A stretch of 64,000 bases of DNA from the human T2T-CHM13v2.0 reference genome, Homo sapiens. The stretch lies in NCBI RefSeq assembly GCF_009914755.1, contig NC_060933.1; one strand, written 5' to 3'. Below the pieces are notes generated by a model, which was not told the origin of the DNA, made no database searches, and saw only the letters and a list, made by a program, of their open reading frames with translations. Below, piece by piece: positions 13,608 through 31,773 of this stretch. The translations under genes were made by a program, and so were the position numbers. How positions within the stretch are numbered: the stretch's first letter is position 1; the number at the start of each line of letters is the position of its first letter.

Positions 13608-14769
13608 CTGGAAGCCAGCGAGAGGGCCTGTCATCTGCAGCCCCAGCGTAGGGCTGCCTCCCTCCCTGCCCAGCCTTCCTACCCAGTCAGTCCACACACA
13701 ATCCTGAAGCTGCTCTGGGCAGGTCCTTTCCTGCCCAGGAGACACCTCGGGGAGCCAGGGGCCAGTCTAGCTGGGAGTCAGGTACAGCATCATATCACTC
13801 CGCTGCTCCTAATATAGGCCAGAGTCCTCTGGACTGGGGCACTGGGCTCTGCAGTGGAGCCATGTGGGCTGGCACGTTCTCCGCCCGCTCACCCATCTGA
13901 ATCCCTTGAGCCAAGCAGGAGGTCAGGGGCCAGCTGATCCTGCTGGCAGTTCAGAGACACTGGTCTCATGCCCAGGGGCCTTGGCGAAATGGAAGCTTTG
14001 TCTCTAGGCTTATATCAGCTGACACCCACAGCCCCTTCTCTATACCCAATTTGTGCCTGACACCTAAGATGCTAGGCGGATGTCTGGTCCAGGGACAGGT
14101 GTGTGTGGGAACGCATAATGTCCTGCCTCGACGGACATCAAGGAATCTTCTCAAAACAGGGTGCTCCTGGCGACACTGGCCAGTGACCTCTTCTTGTGAC
14201 CACTGTCATGCCTCCGTCCTTGTTTCACTGGATGGGTTAACCACTCTCAGCACTGGCTCCAAGACATGGTTCTTTCGTGGTTCTCCTCCTCCCTCTGTGA
14301 TGACTCCATTTTAGTTTCCCCTTGCTTTTCCTGGAACTGCTCAGTCCTCTCCTCTCACTTACGTCCTCTTCCAGGCATTAGCGTCAGCTGTGGCAAACAG
14401 CCAGTAGCTTCCCTCCTCCCTCACCCAGAACCTTGGGTCATCTACCGAGGCCAAGTGTCCAGTTCAAAACCTAAGGTAACTCCCCAAGTCTAAGATGCCA
14501 TTGACCTACTGAAGGATTTATGGATGAACTGATACAATGCCAGAAATTTACTTCAAGACAAAGCAGGAGGAGCGGATGGGAGTTCAGAAGAAATAACACT
14601 GGCTTCCTGGGTTGATAACTGAAGCCAGGTAATGGACACATGGAGGTTCATTATACTATTCCCTCTATTGTTTTGAATGTGGGAAATTTTCCATAATAAA
14701 ATATGGAAAAAAGGGTCATATAACACACATCAATTTCAGAGATGTTAAGATGTAAAAATTAAATATGTA

Positions 14770-15110
14770 CATTTCCTAACTTGCCTTGCAACTAGGGCAG
14801 CCATGAAATAGTTCTGACCAGTAAACTGCAAGTAGAAATTGCTGGGTCAGGGAGCCAGCTCCTGGTGTTCACCTTCTGCTTCTCCTGGCCTAGGCCATGC
14901 CCACAGTGCTGGAGGCGATGCAGCCATTTTGTGACCAGGAGGTGATGGGTGTGAGGATGAAGGCCACATGCCAGAGATGGCAGAGCAGGGAGCTAGGAGC
15001 CTGAACCCTGCGGTACTGCCTTGTCATTCACTATCTGAGAATAATAATCCCCGATTGAAGCTGTTGTTAGGTTGGGCTTCTCTTCCATGCAGCCAAATGC
15101 ACTCCCACAG
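14770..15110 (+). mobile_element. MLT1-type (MaLR) LTR fragment
   Basis: catttcctaacttgccttgcaactagggcagccatg ... gcagccattttgtgacc ... tgcagccaaatgca. Confidence 0.55.
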
Positions 15111-15230
15111 TGCAGAGGGAGAAATGGAAGCCTGAGAGATTCCCAACTTTCCTGAGAGTCACAGGCTTCTAGGAACAGCTCTGGGGCACTGCCCTACATG
15201 GCTGCAAAGTCCCCTCCTGGCCCCACTTAC

Positions 15231-15351
15231 CTGGGATGCCGTCAGCGTGTTGCAGTAGTAATCAGCGGGCATGATGGTCTCCACAATGGCCACCAGGCAC
15301 CAGAAGGCGCTCTCCTCCTCCTCTAGGACCAGCAGGGCAATGGCCGCCAGC
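15231..15351 (-). CDS. TBC1D2: TBC1D2 exon 10 (LAAIALLVLEEEESAFWCL...ASQ)
   Basis: ctccag|G ... CAG|gtaagt; 121 nt. Confidence 0.96.
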
Positions 15352-16772
15352 CTGGAGTAGTAGGGAAGGCCTGGAGTGATTACAGAAGCCGTGGCCCTGC
15401 CAGGCAGCACATGGCAGAGGTGGCTTCCTGGGTTCCAGGGGGAAAGTCCTTCCATGTGAGCATCAGTGCAATCCCACTCCCTAACCAGATTTGTGCTCCT
15501 GGCACCTGGGGTGAGATAAACGCTCTTTTGGGGAGGATGACCGGCGATTTCCAGAGCAATGGGGGTCACTTCAGAGCAGGGGCTCTGAAATCAGGCTGCT
15601 TGGGTAAATCCTGATCTTGTGGCTTCCTGGGTGACCTTGGGCAAGTTACTGAACCCCTGTAAGCCTCAGTCTCATAATAATCACAGGACTATTTTGAGGA
15701 TGAACAGAGCTCATTCAGTGCCCCACACAGTGCCTGCCACACAGTGAGCTCTTTATAAATGTTAGCTATCCTCACCTTAGTATTCACAGGCTTTGAGACC
15801 TTGGCAAGTACACTAACCTCTCTGGGCCTTGGTTTCATGATCTGTAAAGTGAGATTAACAATATCTATCCCCCCGGGGCCAAGAGGCATCTTGAGACAGA
15901 CCTACCTTGCCTCGCTCACTGCCTGGCATTTAGGAGGTGCTCAATGCACACAGCTTTTTTTCTCCTTTACTTCCCCTCCCCGCCAAGTTAGCATAAGGCT
16001 CTAATGAAATCATGGGTAAGAAACAAACAAAAACCCACAGGGCTGAGCAGGGAAGTCTTCCTGGGATAAGTACTGTTTTCTCTACTTCTCCCATCTTCCC
16101 TGGCAGCTCTCATCCCGGGCCAATCCAAGAAGTCATTTTCCAAAAATGTCTTCCAGGGACTACTGGTCTCCCAAGATGCTAGGTGAACACAAGGTTCTAT
16201 ATTCAAAGATATCTGGGGAATGCTGCCCATTCTAGCCCCTGAGAGGCTTATGACACACACTGTCTTAGTAAAGCCTCTGAGAAGTCCTGTGGTGACAAAA
16301 CGCTGTGTGGCTGACTCTAACCCAGGGTCGCCCAGGGGGTCCACAGAGCCCCTGTTGTCCATTGCACCCATGGGGGCCTAGTAGAATGAATGTTCCTCAG
16401 AGGACCCTGGAGAGATGTCGCTTTAGAAAGCCTCTGACTCTCTGGTCATAAAGAGCATTTAAGGAACACATTCCCTCATCCAGATATTTATGCTTCTTTG
16501 GGTTCTCTCTAGATTGGATTCATGACCTCCACCTTCTTTTGAGGCTCACAACTCTTAGAAACATGGTTGAATCTCAAAAGAAAAAAGAAATATCCCTTCT
16601 CTTTCCCCAGTAGATTGGGAAGGAATTTCTCCCAAATTTGGTTCAGATATTTGTACAAAACCTTCCTAAGTCGAAGCTGAGTGGATGAAGAGAACAGTCA
16701 CAGGTCTCCTGGGAAATAGGAAGCTCCGTTCTCTCAGAGCTGGTGGGGAGGGACCTCCATAGGTCACTGAGT

Positions 16773-16990
16773 TCAAGGATAGCAAACGTGAGATACACTG
16801 GCCTCTATCCTTTTCGTCTGTGCCCAGGGCAGACATAACTAACTGATCATGGCAGCATTCCCTTTGTCTAAGCCCATGGTAGACATAAGTAATTGATCAC
16901 AGTACTCTTTCCCACTGAGTCTGAAGGCTGCCTCAGAAACTCTCTCAGGACAGGGCTCCAGGTAGCTGCTTCCTACTGGTCATCTCTGGT
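16773..16990 (+). mobile_element. MER102-like hAT fossil (second copy at ~34126-34285)
   Basis: ggcagacat...taa...gatc and gcctcagaa...ctca motifs shared with the 34.1-kb copy. Confidence 0.5.
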
Positions 16991-17489
16991 CTAAACAAAC
17001 TCCTTATTGCAGTGGTGGAAAAACCAAGGCTTAGAAAGCAGAAGTTACCTGCTCAACATTACATAGTCAGTTGGTGGCAGAGTGGAAACAGAACCCAGGG
17101 CTCCCAAAGTCTAGCCCAGTGCTCTCTCCACTCTATCCCACCCTGTTCCCCCTGAGCCTCAGAATGGCCTCAGTCTAGGGAGTTAGCTGCCAGCATTGGT
17201 TTAGACTTCAGCACATGTTAAAAACTCAGTTATCTGAGGCTGGTTGCTAGGGCTTACTAACTGCTCAGGTGTATGGCTGAATTCGAACCTAAGGCATTTA
17301 GGGCCCAGGTAGGCTTGCAAAGAAAGGAGTGTGTTGATGGGGGAAAAACAAACCACTTTTAGAGCACTGTACTTATTTTCATAGGTTTAAAACATTTGCT
17401 CTAAATTAGCATTAGACCATCACTAAACAAGCTGGATTTGTTGCCTTAGAGGCAGGGTCTGTCATCTTGAGACATCAAACATGCAGTTC

Positions 17490-18198
<709 letters not shown>

Positions 18199-20233
18199 TA
18201 TTACAAGTAACTTTCTGTTTTAAGCAGTAAATATTTACATGAATACCAATTATCTGCACTTGCATATCAAATTTAAGTAAAAATGCTATTCAGAGAAAGA
18301 TATTTTAGAAAACCCGTCTGGGGACCTTCCGCCTCTCTTGGCCTCAGTTGTCCCTTCTGCGCCTCTCTGTGGCCTGTGTGCTGCCTCCTTCCACACAGGG
18401 AGAAGCTTCTCTCCTCCTATGAGGCTTATCTCAAGTGCCCCTCCTGCCATAGGATTTTTCTCTGCCCCTTCAGCACAGGTTGAACTCCAAAAGCAGGTCT
18501 CGAGAAGGTTACATCCACATAGGGGAAAGGTTTCTGGGAGGCCTCAGCACAGCCTCTGACTACTGCTATTTGGAGAGAGAGCAGGTTGTAGAAAGGACTG
18601 GGTTTGGGGGCTGGGGGCGGGGGGCCAGGGTGAGCAGTTGGCTGGGTCAGCATTTGTGGTGAGACAACGGGCAGGTTCCTCAGCCTCTCAGACCCTCTCA
18701 TGTCTCATCTGGGCATGGTGGCACCAGTGAAGGTTTTTGTGAGGATTAGATGCCATCAGGTGTTAAACACCTGGCATCCAAGAGGCCCCCATTATGCTTT
18801 ACTTCCTACCTGGCTTTTGTGTGAAATGCAAAAATTATTATTCATTCTGATCTCATAGCTTCCAGCTCCCTTCACAGCTATTCTTAGAAGAGGCTTTGCA
18901 GGTTTTGTTTCTTCTGGATTTTAACATGTTCAAACAAATGAGAAGTACAGGGGCTTTTGTCAGACTGTTGAATGAATGAAATTTCTACAGACCTGACCTG
19001 TGGCAGACGTTTAGTGTGGCATGAAATCTGAACATATTTTCCAAGGAGGCTTCGACTGAGAGGCATTACTGTTGGAGTTTAACTCTTAATTCCCAGGAAT
19101 TGTACATACACATGCTCAATTTCACCCAATTTTAGGCTGGAAATAGAGTATGAAAAATATCTACCTTTGGGAACCACTCAAATTTGAGTAAGGACACTGA
19201 ATGTTGATTCTGTGTTAAATAAATGTCACACACCACCTATTCTAAAAAAAAGCAGCATGGCTTATGTAAATTTTGCTTAGGTATATGTGTGTTTAAATTA
19301 AATCGAGTGAAAACTTGCTTTGGGAAAATATTTGCAACTATGCAGCTTCTACTGAAATAGCTGGGGCTGGAGCGGGGGGATGACAGTCCCTCACAGTCTT
19401 GGAGGGGAGATAGCCCTGTGAACCAGGTGACCTCATCCCCTAACCCCAGTCCCTCCCTGCGTCCCCTACCAATTGGACCAGAAGTGGAAATTATTCCTGG
19501 CTGGGCCAATCAGATTTTTTCTTTGGGGAATTTAGAACTGGAACATGAGGGGTGGGGTGGGAAGACTCACTGAAAGGCTCAAGACTCAGGGGCTGAGGTC
19601 TCCATTCTAACAGCTTCGATGGTCCCTAAATGTCCAATGAATGAATGGACAGAGGCTGGTCTGCTGAGAGAGAAGGAAGCAGACACGCAGAATGAAGAGA
19701 GGCCAGAGGCCATGCAGCTGCAGAGGGCAGCAGAGCAGTACCTTGGTGCTATACGAGCTCAGGTCATGGCATCCCAGGACTGTGGCATGAAGGCTGCCCC
19801 CTGGGGTTGTGCAGGGGTGCAGCCCTGCTGCAGACAGCAGCTGCCTTGGCTTCCAATGACCATCTGGTCCTCAGCTGTGTTTTCTTTTCCTGGCTTCTGT
19901 GAACTCCCCTTGTAACATTTAGAAAGTCTCTTTTCCCCGGGTCTTCTGCATGGGTTTCACTGAAAGCGAATGATTCCTGATCCAGAGAGTCCTGCCATAT
20001 GTGAGTGGGGCCTTACCCTGTAGATTCCAGCAGGCCAAAGTTTGAGAGGCCATGTAAGTTGTACGTCCCCAAGCACAAATCAAAGGAGAGAGCAGGGACG
20101 AGGGGCCTGGAGCTCTGAGCTCTGGCCCATCTCTGTCTTGAACATGTCCTCTCACCAGCCTGTGGGTGGGGAACCTAGGCTCATGTCTTCAGGTTCTTGG
20201 GAGGCTCCAAAGAGAGACAGCAGTGCTCTAAAA

Positions 20234-20565
20234 CAACGGTCCCCAACCTTTTTGGCACTAGGGACCGGTTTCATGAAAGACAATTTTTCCATGGACTGGG
20301 GTAGGGGAGGGGTGGCTTTGAAACTGCTCCACCTCAGATCATCAGGCATTAGATTCTCATAAGGAACACATAACCTAGATCCCTCACATGCAGAGTTCAC
20401 AATAGGGTTCACGCTCCTGTGAGAATCTAATGCTGCCGCTGATCTGACAGGAGGCAGAGCTCAGGTGGTAATGCTCTCTCGCCCACTGCTCACCTCCTGC
20501 TGTGCGGCCCCGTTAACAGGCCACAGATGGCTGCCTGTCCACGGTCTGAGGGTTGGGGACCTGCG
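20234..20565 (+). mobile_element. MER1B-like hAT-Charlie MITE
   Basis: Ends ggtccccaacc / ggttggggacc form a TIR; 8-bp TSD ctctaaaa (20226) / ctccaaaa (20566). Confidence 0.85.
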
Positions 20566-20611
20566 CTCCAAAAGGTAAAGATCACACCTTCACTGGGCTT
20601 TGGTGGCTTAC

Positions 20612-21088
20612 CTGTTCAGGCCCTGGCAGTAGCCGATGGTGGGGTTCTGCCAGGAGAAGGCCAGCAGCACCCGGCGGAGCTTGTCGGGGAAGCTGGAGGT
20701 GGGGCAGGTGAAGTGTTTGTTGTTGGGGAAGGTCCGGTTCAGGTCCAGCTCAATCTGGCGGGCAGCAGGGTGCTCGCGGGCCTGGCCCCGGCTCAGCAGT
20801 TCCTGGTAGCAGCCTGGAGTGTGCAGGTGCTGGACACGGAGGTGGACCAGCCACCTCCAGACACGAGGCCGGTGTTCACGGGGTACTCCTGCCCGCAGTA
20901 GCTGCTTGAGCTCGGCTGAGGGCACAAGATCGCCCAGGGCAGCCCAGCGCTCCCTCAGCGGCCGATCCACAGCCTCGAGGCCCAGCAGGTGGTGGGATCG
21001 TGACTCCAACGCCTGGATCTTGGCCAGCAGCTTCAGGTCTTCCACCTCATAGTCGGGCACCGTCAGGAAGCCGTACTCATCATACTTA
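20612..21088 (-). CDS. TBC1D2: TBC1D2 exon 9 (TBC/Rab-GAP catalytic core)
   Basis: 477 nt; encodes the IxxDxxR arginine finger (QIELDLNRT) and YxQ glutamine finger (GYCQGLN) typical of TBC domains; donor AG|gtaagc. Confidence 0.97.
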
Positions 21089-21651
21089 CTGCCAGCAAAA
21101 GTGCACGTTAGCAACACCTTGCAGAGCCCTTCCCTAGATAAGGGGTGGTGGTGACAGGGAGGACCCCAGGCCAGGTTCCTGCCCTGCCTTCACTGAGGGT
21201 TAACCACACAGCTCTGGGCAGGTCACTTCAGTTCTCCCAACCTCAGATTGCGAATCTGTATAATGCATATGGGAATCCCTGCTCTGCCTCCTAAAGACCC
21301 AACGAGATCCTCTGTTGTAAGATGCTGGGGGCCTAGATAGTGCCTGGTACACAGTAAATGCCCAAGAGATATTTACTAATTCTATGCAAATATAAAGGAC
21401 CCTCTTATTACTCCATGCAGCCTTAGGCCCAAGGAGTCCTGCACTGTGCATACAGAACCCCACTTACCACAGCCAGTAAGCGCAGGGGTGGACGGGGAAC
21501 AGACAGCACCAATGACAGACAGGTGGGACAGCTGGGGACCCGTTCCAGAAGGCCTTTGATTTATTCAATGTTGACTCACCTCCACTCTGTGCCCTGCCTG
21601 CACTATCTCATTTAATCCTAATGATCCTGCAAAGCAGGTGTGTTTGCCTAA

Positions 21652-22137
<486 letters not shown>

Positions 22138-22603
22138 TGAGAGGGCCAGGGCTGGCTCCAAAGCTCGAGCTCCTGCCACTGGACTACTCAGCCTCCAGGG
22201 GCCTTCGAGCATAGCCACCCTCCTTTCTGTTATATTTAACTGCCCATGTCCACTGTGCTCAGCAAGGCCTTGGTGCAGAGGAGATGGCCTGCTTGTCTCC
22301 CCTCGTCCCCTCTCTGACAGGCACATCTGGGAGGCAGCCACATTTGGGAGGCAGCCTAGATAAACGGAAAGCATGGGGCTCTGGAGGCAGCCTGTGCCGC
22401 AAATGTACTATAGGGCCATGGCAGGGGGCTGCCTCCTCTGAGCGTGAACCATCTCAGCTGCAGCCGCACACTAATGCATGTGAAGATCAGAGGAGGTAGT
22501 GCTGTGTAGGACTTGTACATGGTTGGCAGGACCTGGCAGCAAGGCAGCTGGGGAGGAGCCGCCAGCTCACATAGACCAGCCCTTCCTGGGCCGCCAGGCT
22601 CAC

Positions 22604-22791
22604 CTGATGGGGCTCAGCTCGATGCTGTCAGATGAGGCCTCCCCAGCTTCCCACTGCAGTGCCTCCTGGACAAGCTGCCTCAGCAGCTCTGAGCACTCGC
22701 TGGCTTCGTCCCCCAGGGCCTCCTGCAGCCTTCTCAGACCGGCCAGGTACTTGCTTTCCACCTGGCAGTTTCTGGCTTGGAGGTAGGCGCA
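22604..22791 (-). CDS. TBC1D2: TBC1D2 exon 8 (CAYLQARN...IELSPI)
   Basis: tttgcag|TGC ... ATCAG|gtgagc; 188 nt. Confidence 0.95.
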
Positions 22792-23747
22792 CTGCAAACA
22801 GGGAAAGGCTGGTCAGGCTACCGGGTGGGAGCTGGGCCGCCCCAGAGGCCTGAGGCCTGAACAGCTTTAGGCAGCACAGCCCTTCCAGCTCTCATCTGCC
22901 CCACTCCCAACTCCCAGACCTTCGTATAAGGGAAAGGAGATGGGCCCTGAGGCCAGTGGTTTACAGCAAGGCAGGCAAGAGAGGCCCAGGCCCAGGTTGG
23001 AGCTGGTTCAGAAGAAAGAGGAGAGGGGTGTGCAGAGACAGCACAGGCTCTTACACAGCTTACAGTCCCATCCTGGTTCAGCCACTGCTAGCTGGGTGGT
23101 CTGTGGCAAGTTACTTAACCTTTCTGTGCCTTAACTTCTTCATCTGTAAAATGAGGATCATACAGAGTCTGCCTGAGGATTTGGGTGAGGATCAGATGAG
23201 CGGATGTGTATAAAGCCCTTCCCAGGGTGCCTGGCACAGAGCAAGCTCTGCAGGTGGTATGACTGAACAGCGCCCAGGGGATGGACACTGCCCTCATGCC
23301 CTCTGCTGCTGCCACCTAGGCTCTTTCTGTTCCTCCAACACACACCCCTCCCACTTCACAGCCCTCCTGCACCCTCTTCCCTTGCTTGGGACACTCCCCC
23401 CAACCCTACCTCACCTTGAACTTTTGTGTTTACATTTATACAAGCTGGGTGGTGCTAGGCAAGTCAGGCAAGTTCCTTGTTTTCCATTTTTGTGAGATGG
23501 GGACAGTGAAAATCCACTCATAGCACTGCCATGATCTCTGGGCCACCCCGAATCCTATCTCATCCTGGGGTGGCAGCAGGGGAACAATTCTGTTGCACCC
23601 TTGCCCGGTCGCCATCTCCAAACACTTGCCGGGCACCAGCTCCAAGCCATCCTCTGTGCCTGTTCTTCTACCTATCCCACCTGGTGCCCACCTCTGTTGC
23701 CTGGGCTGCTTCCTGAGTCCCATCGTTAACACCTGTTTCAGGGATTC

Positions 23748-24749
<1,002 letters not shown>

Positions 24750-25054
24750 CCCAAGTACATCTTGATTGGGTTACACTCCCTCACTAGTCTATACCCTCCT
24801 TGTAGGCAGGAACCAGCCTTATTGGTCTTGATGTCCCTACCCCACAGCTACTCAGTGAACGCTGCGGAACAAATGACTCAATCCCCCGACCACAGGGGTC
24901 TGGAGAAGAACCTGATATGGGCCCTGCTCACAAGGGGTCAGTTCAGAGGGAGAGGGGCAGACAGGAAATGAGGAGAGTGAGACGGAGTGGGCAGCATGGG
25001 GACCAGCAGAGGGGCCAGGGATGGAGACGGCTGGAATAGGGCCCCACCCCGCAC

Positions 25055-25165
25055 CTTCGTCAGAAGGGCCTTCTCCTTCTCAGCCACCTTTCTCCAGATC
25101 TTTGTGACCTGGTGGATCTCGGAGTTGAGGAAGCAGTTCTGGGTCCGGTAAGCTTCCATGTCATC
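25055..25165 (-). CDS. TBC1D2: TBC1D2 exon 7 (DDMEAYRTQN...ALLTK)
   Basis: ctccag|GAT ... AAG|gtgcgg; 111 nt. Confidence 0.95.
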
Positions 25166-26102
25166 CTGGAGAAGAGAGTAAAATATGTTATCAGTTGGAC
25201 ATAAACATCTCCCTGGTCCTGGGGAGTCACACCCTCAAATGAGCCCCCAAAGCTTCTTTTCCTTAGAAATTTCCAATAATGGCAACAGAAGAGGAAGTCT
25301 GAAAGAAAAATAAAATACTCATAGCACCCTTCTCTATTCTTGATGTCAGCATGATGTGATAAAGGGACCAGTAGGTCTGAATTTAAGTCCTGGCTGATGT
25401 TCTGGCTGGAAGGCCTCAGGCAGGCCACTGAACCACTCTGACCCTCTGTTTCCTCATCTGTAAAAGGGGCAAATACCAACTAACCTACTGGGCAGTTGGG
25501 AAACTAAGTGAGATAATGTGTGACAACACTAAGTACAGGGACCAAAACATAGCAAGTGCTCAAGTAGTGTTTGTTTTTAAAATCAACATATTTTATCATA
25601 TATTTACAATCATACTGTAAAATTAACTCAGTGTCACTTTGTAAAACCTTTCAATGTTGCTACATAAGCTTCCCAGTGATCATTTTTAACCTCTGGTGAT
25701 GATTCTATTGGGTGAATTTACCAGAACTTACTCATAATCCTTTTCCTGTCGTTTTTTAATTTGAACCTGGGGTGTTTGCAGTTGGTTTTTGATTATGAAT
25801 AATGCTGTGATAAACATCTCTGAGTTTTCCTTTTGCAAGTTGCCCATCCAGTGGAGGGAATGAGCTCCCTGCTGCTGGGGCATACAAGGAGAAGCCAGAC
25901 AAGCACTGGGAAGGTTCAAGCAAGGACCTGAGCCTCAGAGAAGGATCAGCTATAGCAGTGGCTCTCAATTCTGCTGGGATGGACATTACAGAAGCCGTTC
26001 AGTCATGTAACACATTCTTAGAGCTATACCTCACAATTCCAGGGTATTTACTGGCTGAAACTCAGGCCCTTTCTCTCCCATTGATGTATGGGCTGGAGGT
26101 GA

Positions 26103-26594
26103 GTGCAAGCGATGCTGCAGCAAGGATGACTCCGACATGGCCAGGTTGATTTGGAAATGAAGAACATCACATGTGCAAGCGATGCTGCAGCAAGGATGAC
26201 TCCGACGTGGCCAGATTGATTTGGAAATGAAGAACATCACATGTGCAAGCGATGCTGCAGCAAGGATGACTCCGACGTGGCCAGGTTGATTTGGAAATGA
26301 AGAACATCACATGTGCAAGCGATGCTGCAGCAAGGATGACTCCGACGTGGCCAGGTTGATTTGGAAATGAAGAACATCACATGTGCAAGCGATGCTGCAG
26401 CAAGGATGACTCCGACGTGGCCAGGTTGATTTGGAAATGAAGAACATCACATGTGCAAGCGATGCTGCAGCAAGGATGACTCCAACGTGGCCAGGTTGAT
26501 TTGGAAATGAAGAACATCACATGTGCAAGCGATGCTGCAGCAAGGATGACTCCAACGTGGCCAGATTGATTTGGAAATGAAGAACATCACATGT
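26103..26594. repeat. Minisatellite/VNTR, 7 copies of a 70-bp unit
   Basis: Unit gtgcaagcgatgctgcagcaaggatgactccRacRtggccagRttgatttggaaatgaagaacatcacat starts at 26103, 26173, 26243, 26313, 26383, 26453 and 26523. Confidence 0.98.
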
Positions 26595-27433
26595 AGTTTG
26601 GGGCACATCCTCGTCAGGGTCACATGTGCACAGCCCACAGGTGGTCCTGGCCCTCCCTGGGTGGGTCTTCACTCTGGCCAAGATGATCTCCAAGGTCTCC
26701 CCAGGCTGGAAGCTCCGATGCCTGCCCAGGGGCTGCTGCCCTCCGCCCAGAGCCTGACACACTAGAAGGGCCTCTGCTCCCAGGTGAGGGAACGAATGCC
26801 CCCCGTTGACTTTATCACATCACCCCTCACCACTCCACGGGGGCTCTCTGTGGTGCCCCAACCCAGGCCACCCCTGCTTTCATCTCCCTCGCTGTGCCAA
26901 GGCTGAAAGGCTGTGCATCCACTCAGCTTGCTCTCTGCCTTCTGGCTGGACCCAGGCAGTTCCAACCCCTGGCGCCACCCTCCTCCCCCTATCCAATCCT
27001 GTCCCTGACCTAGATAAAAAACCAGCTTCACTGCCTCTCAAAAATGCTGCTGTGTGTGCCAGCCGCTCTGCTGGCAAGTTTCTGCCTGCTTCTTCTCCAC
27101 AGTCCCCATATCCTATCCTTACGTGGCAAGAAGTGAAAATCTTGTTTGTGGCACAGGGACCAGTCTCCCATGAGCATCAGGCCTTTCCTGGACCACTCCC
27201 CACTCTCTCTGGAGTCTAACACTTTACTGTCTGGAGATATAGAAACTTATGAATACAGAGGCTGTGCAGGCTTCCGGCATCACCCCCATCACCAACACCA
27301 CGCAGCATATATTCTCTCACTTCATCCTCCTAGCAACCCTAGAAGGGATGTTCTTTTATTATTCCTATGACACAGATGAGGCCTCAGAGGCTCTGAAAGG
27401 GTAGGCAACTTGCCTAAGGCACAGCCAGTATAA

Positions 27434-30944
<3,511 letters not shown>

Positions 30945-31403
30945 TGAGAGCTTTCTAATCATCTGGCTGCATTTGCATTGGAAAGGTTATGTTTTTCTTT
31001 TAACCCAAAAGAATCTCTGATTTCAGACTAAATAAGGGAAAAGATTCGGGAACTGGTTATGTGGGTTTTCAGTCTTTGCTGAAAGAAAGGGAAGGGAATC
31101 AGGTTTCACGTCCTTTTCCTTTATCCTTCTAACAGCCCTAGTCAAGAGGACTAGTTGGGCTATTTGACACAGAGGTGAGCTAACATGCCTAAAGTCACAC
31201 AGCCAGAAAGAGGCAGAGCCAAGAGTCAAAGAGGTCAGTCTGACTTCAAAGCTTGGGTGGTGGCCACTGTTCAACACTGCCCACTGAGAGCTTTTCTCTC
31301 AAAAGCTTCCTGATTTCTTTTTTTTTCTTTCTCCATCTGCCCTCACCGAGTAGTTCTTTGATAGAGTAGCATGAGAGTTCTCAAGGTTATAAGTCTATAT
31401 GTA

Positions 31404-31773
31404 CAGTCTCGTGTGGCTTAATGATGAGGATACACTCTGAGAAATGCGTCATTAGGTGATTTCACTGTTGTGCAAACATTGTAGACTGGACGCAGACAAA
31501 CCTAGGTGATTTAGCCTACTACGCACCCAGCTAGATGGTGTAGCCTATTGCTCCGAGGCTGCAGACCTATGTACCTGTTACGGTACTGAATACCATAGGT
31601 GGCTGTCACATAATGGCATTTGTGTATCTAAACACATGTAAACATAGAAAAGGTAGCATGTTGTGCTATGATGTTATGACGGCTATGATGTCACTATGTG
31701 ACAGGGATTTTTCTGCTTCATTGTAATCTTATGGGACCATCACATATGCAGCCTGTTATATGGCATCTGACTG
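31404..31773 (+). mobile_element. Tigger3/GOLEM-family MITE (TcMar-Tigger)
   Basis: TA|cagtc ... gactg|TA ends; internal tagcctattgctcc and cttatgggacca motifs. Confidence 0.8.

Noticed and set aside
26103-26594. CRISPR-like array or repeat-encoded peptides (69-, 63- and 81-aa ORFs)
   Set aside because: Units are contiguous with no unique spacers and there are no cas genes. The ORFs arise because a 70-nt unit cycles through frames and meets a TGA every third unit.
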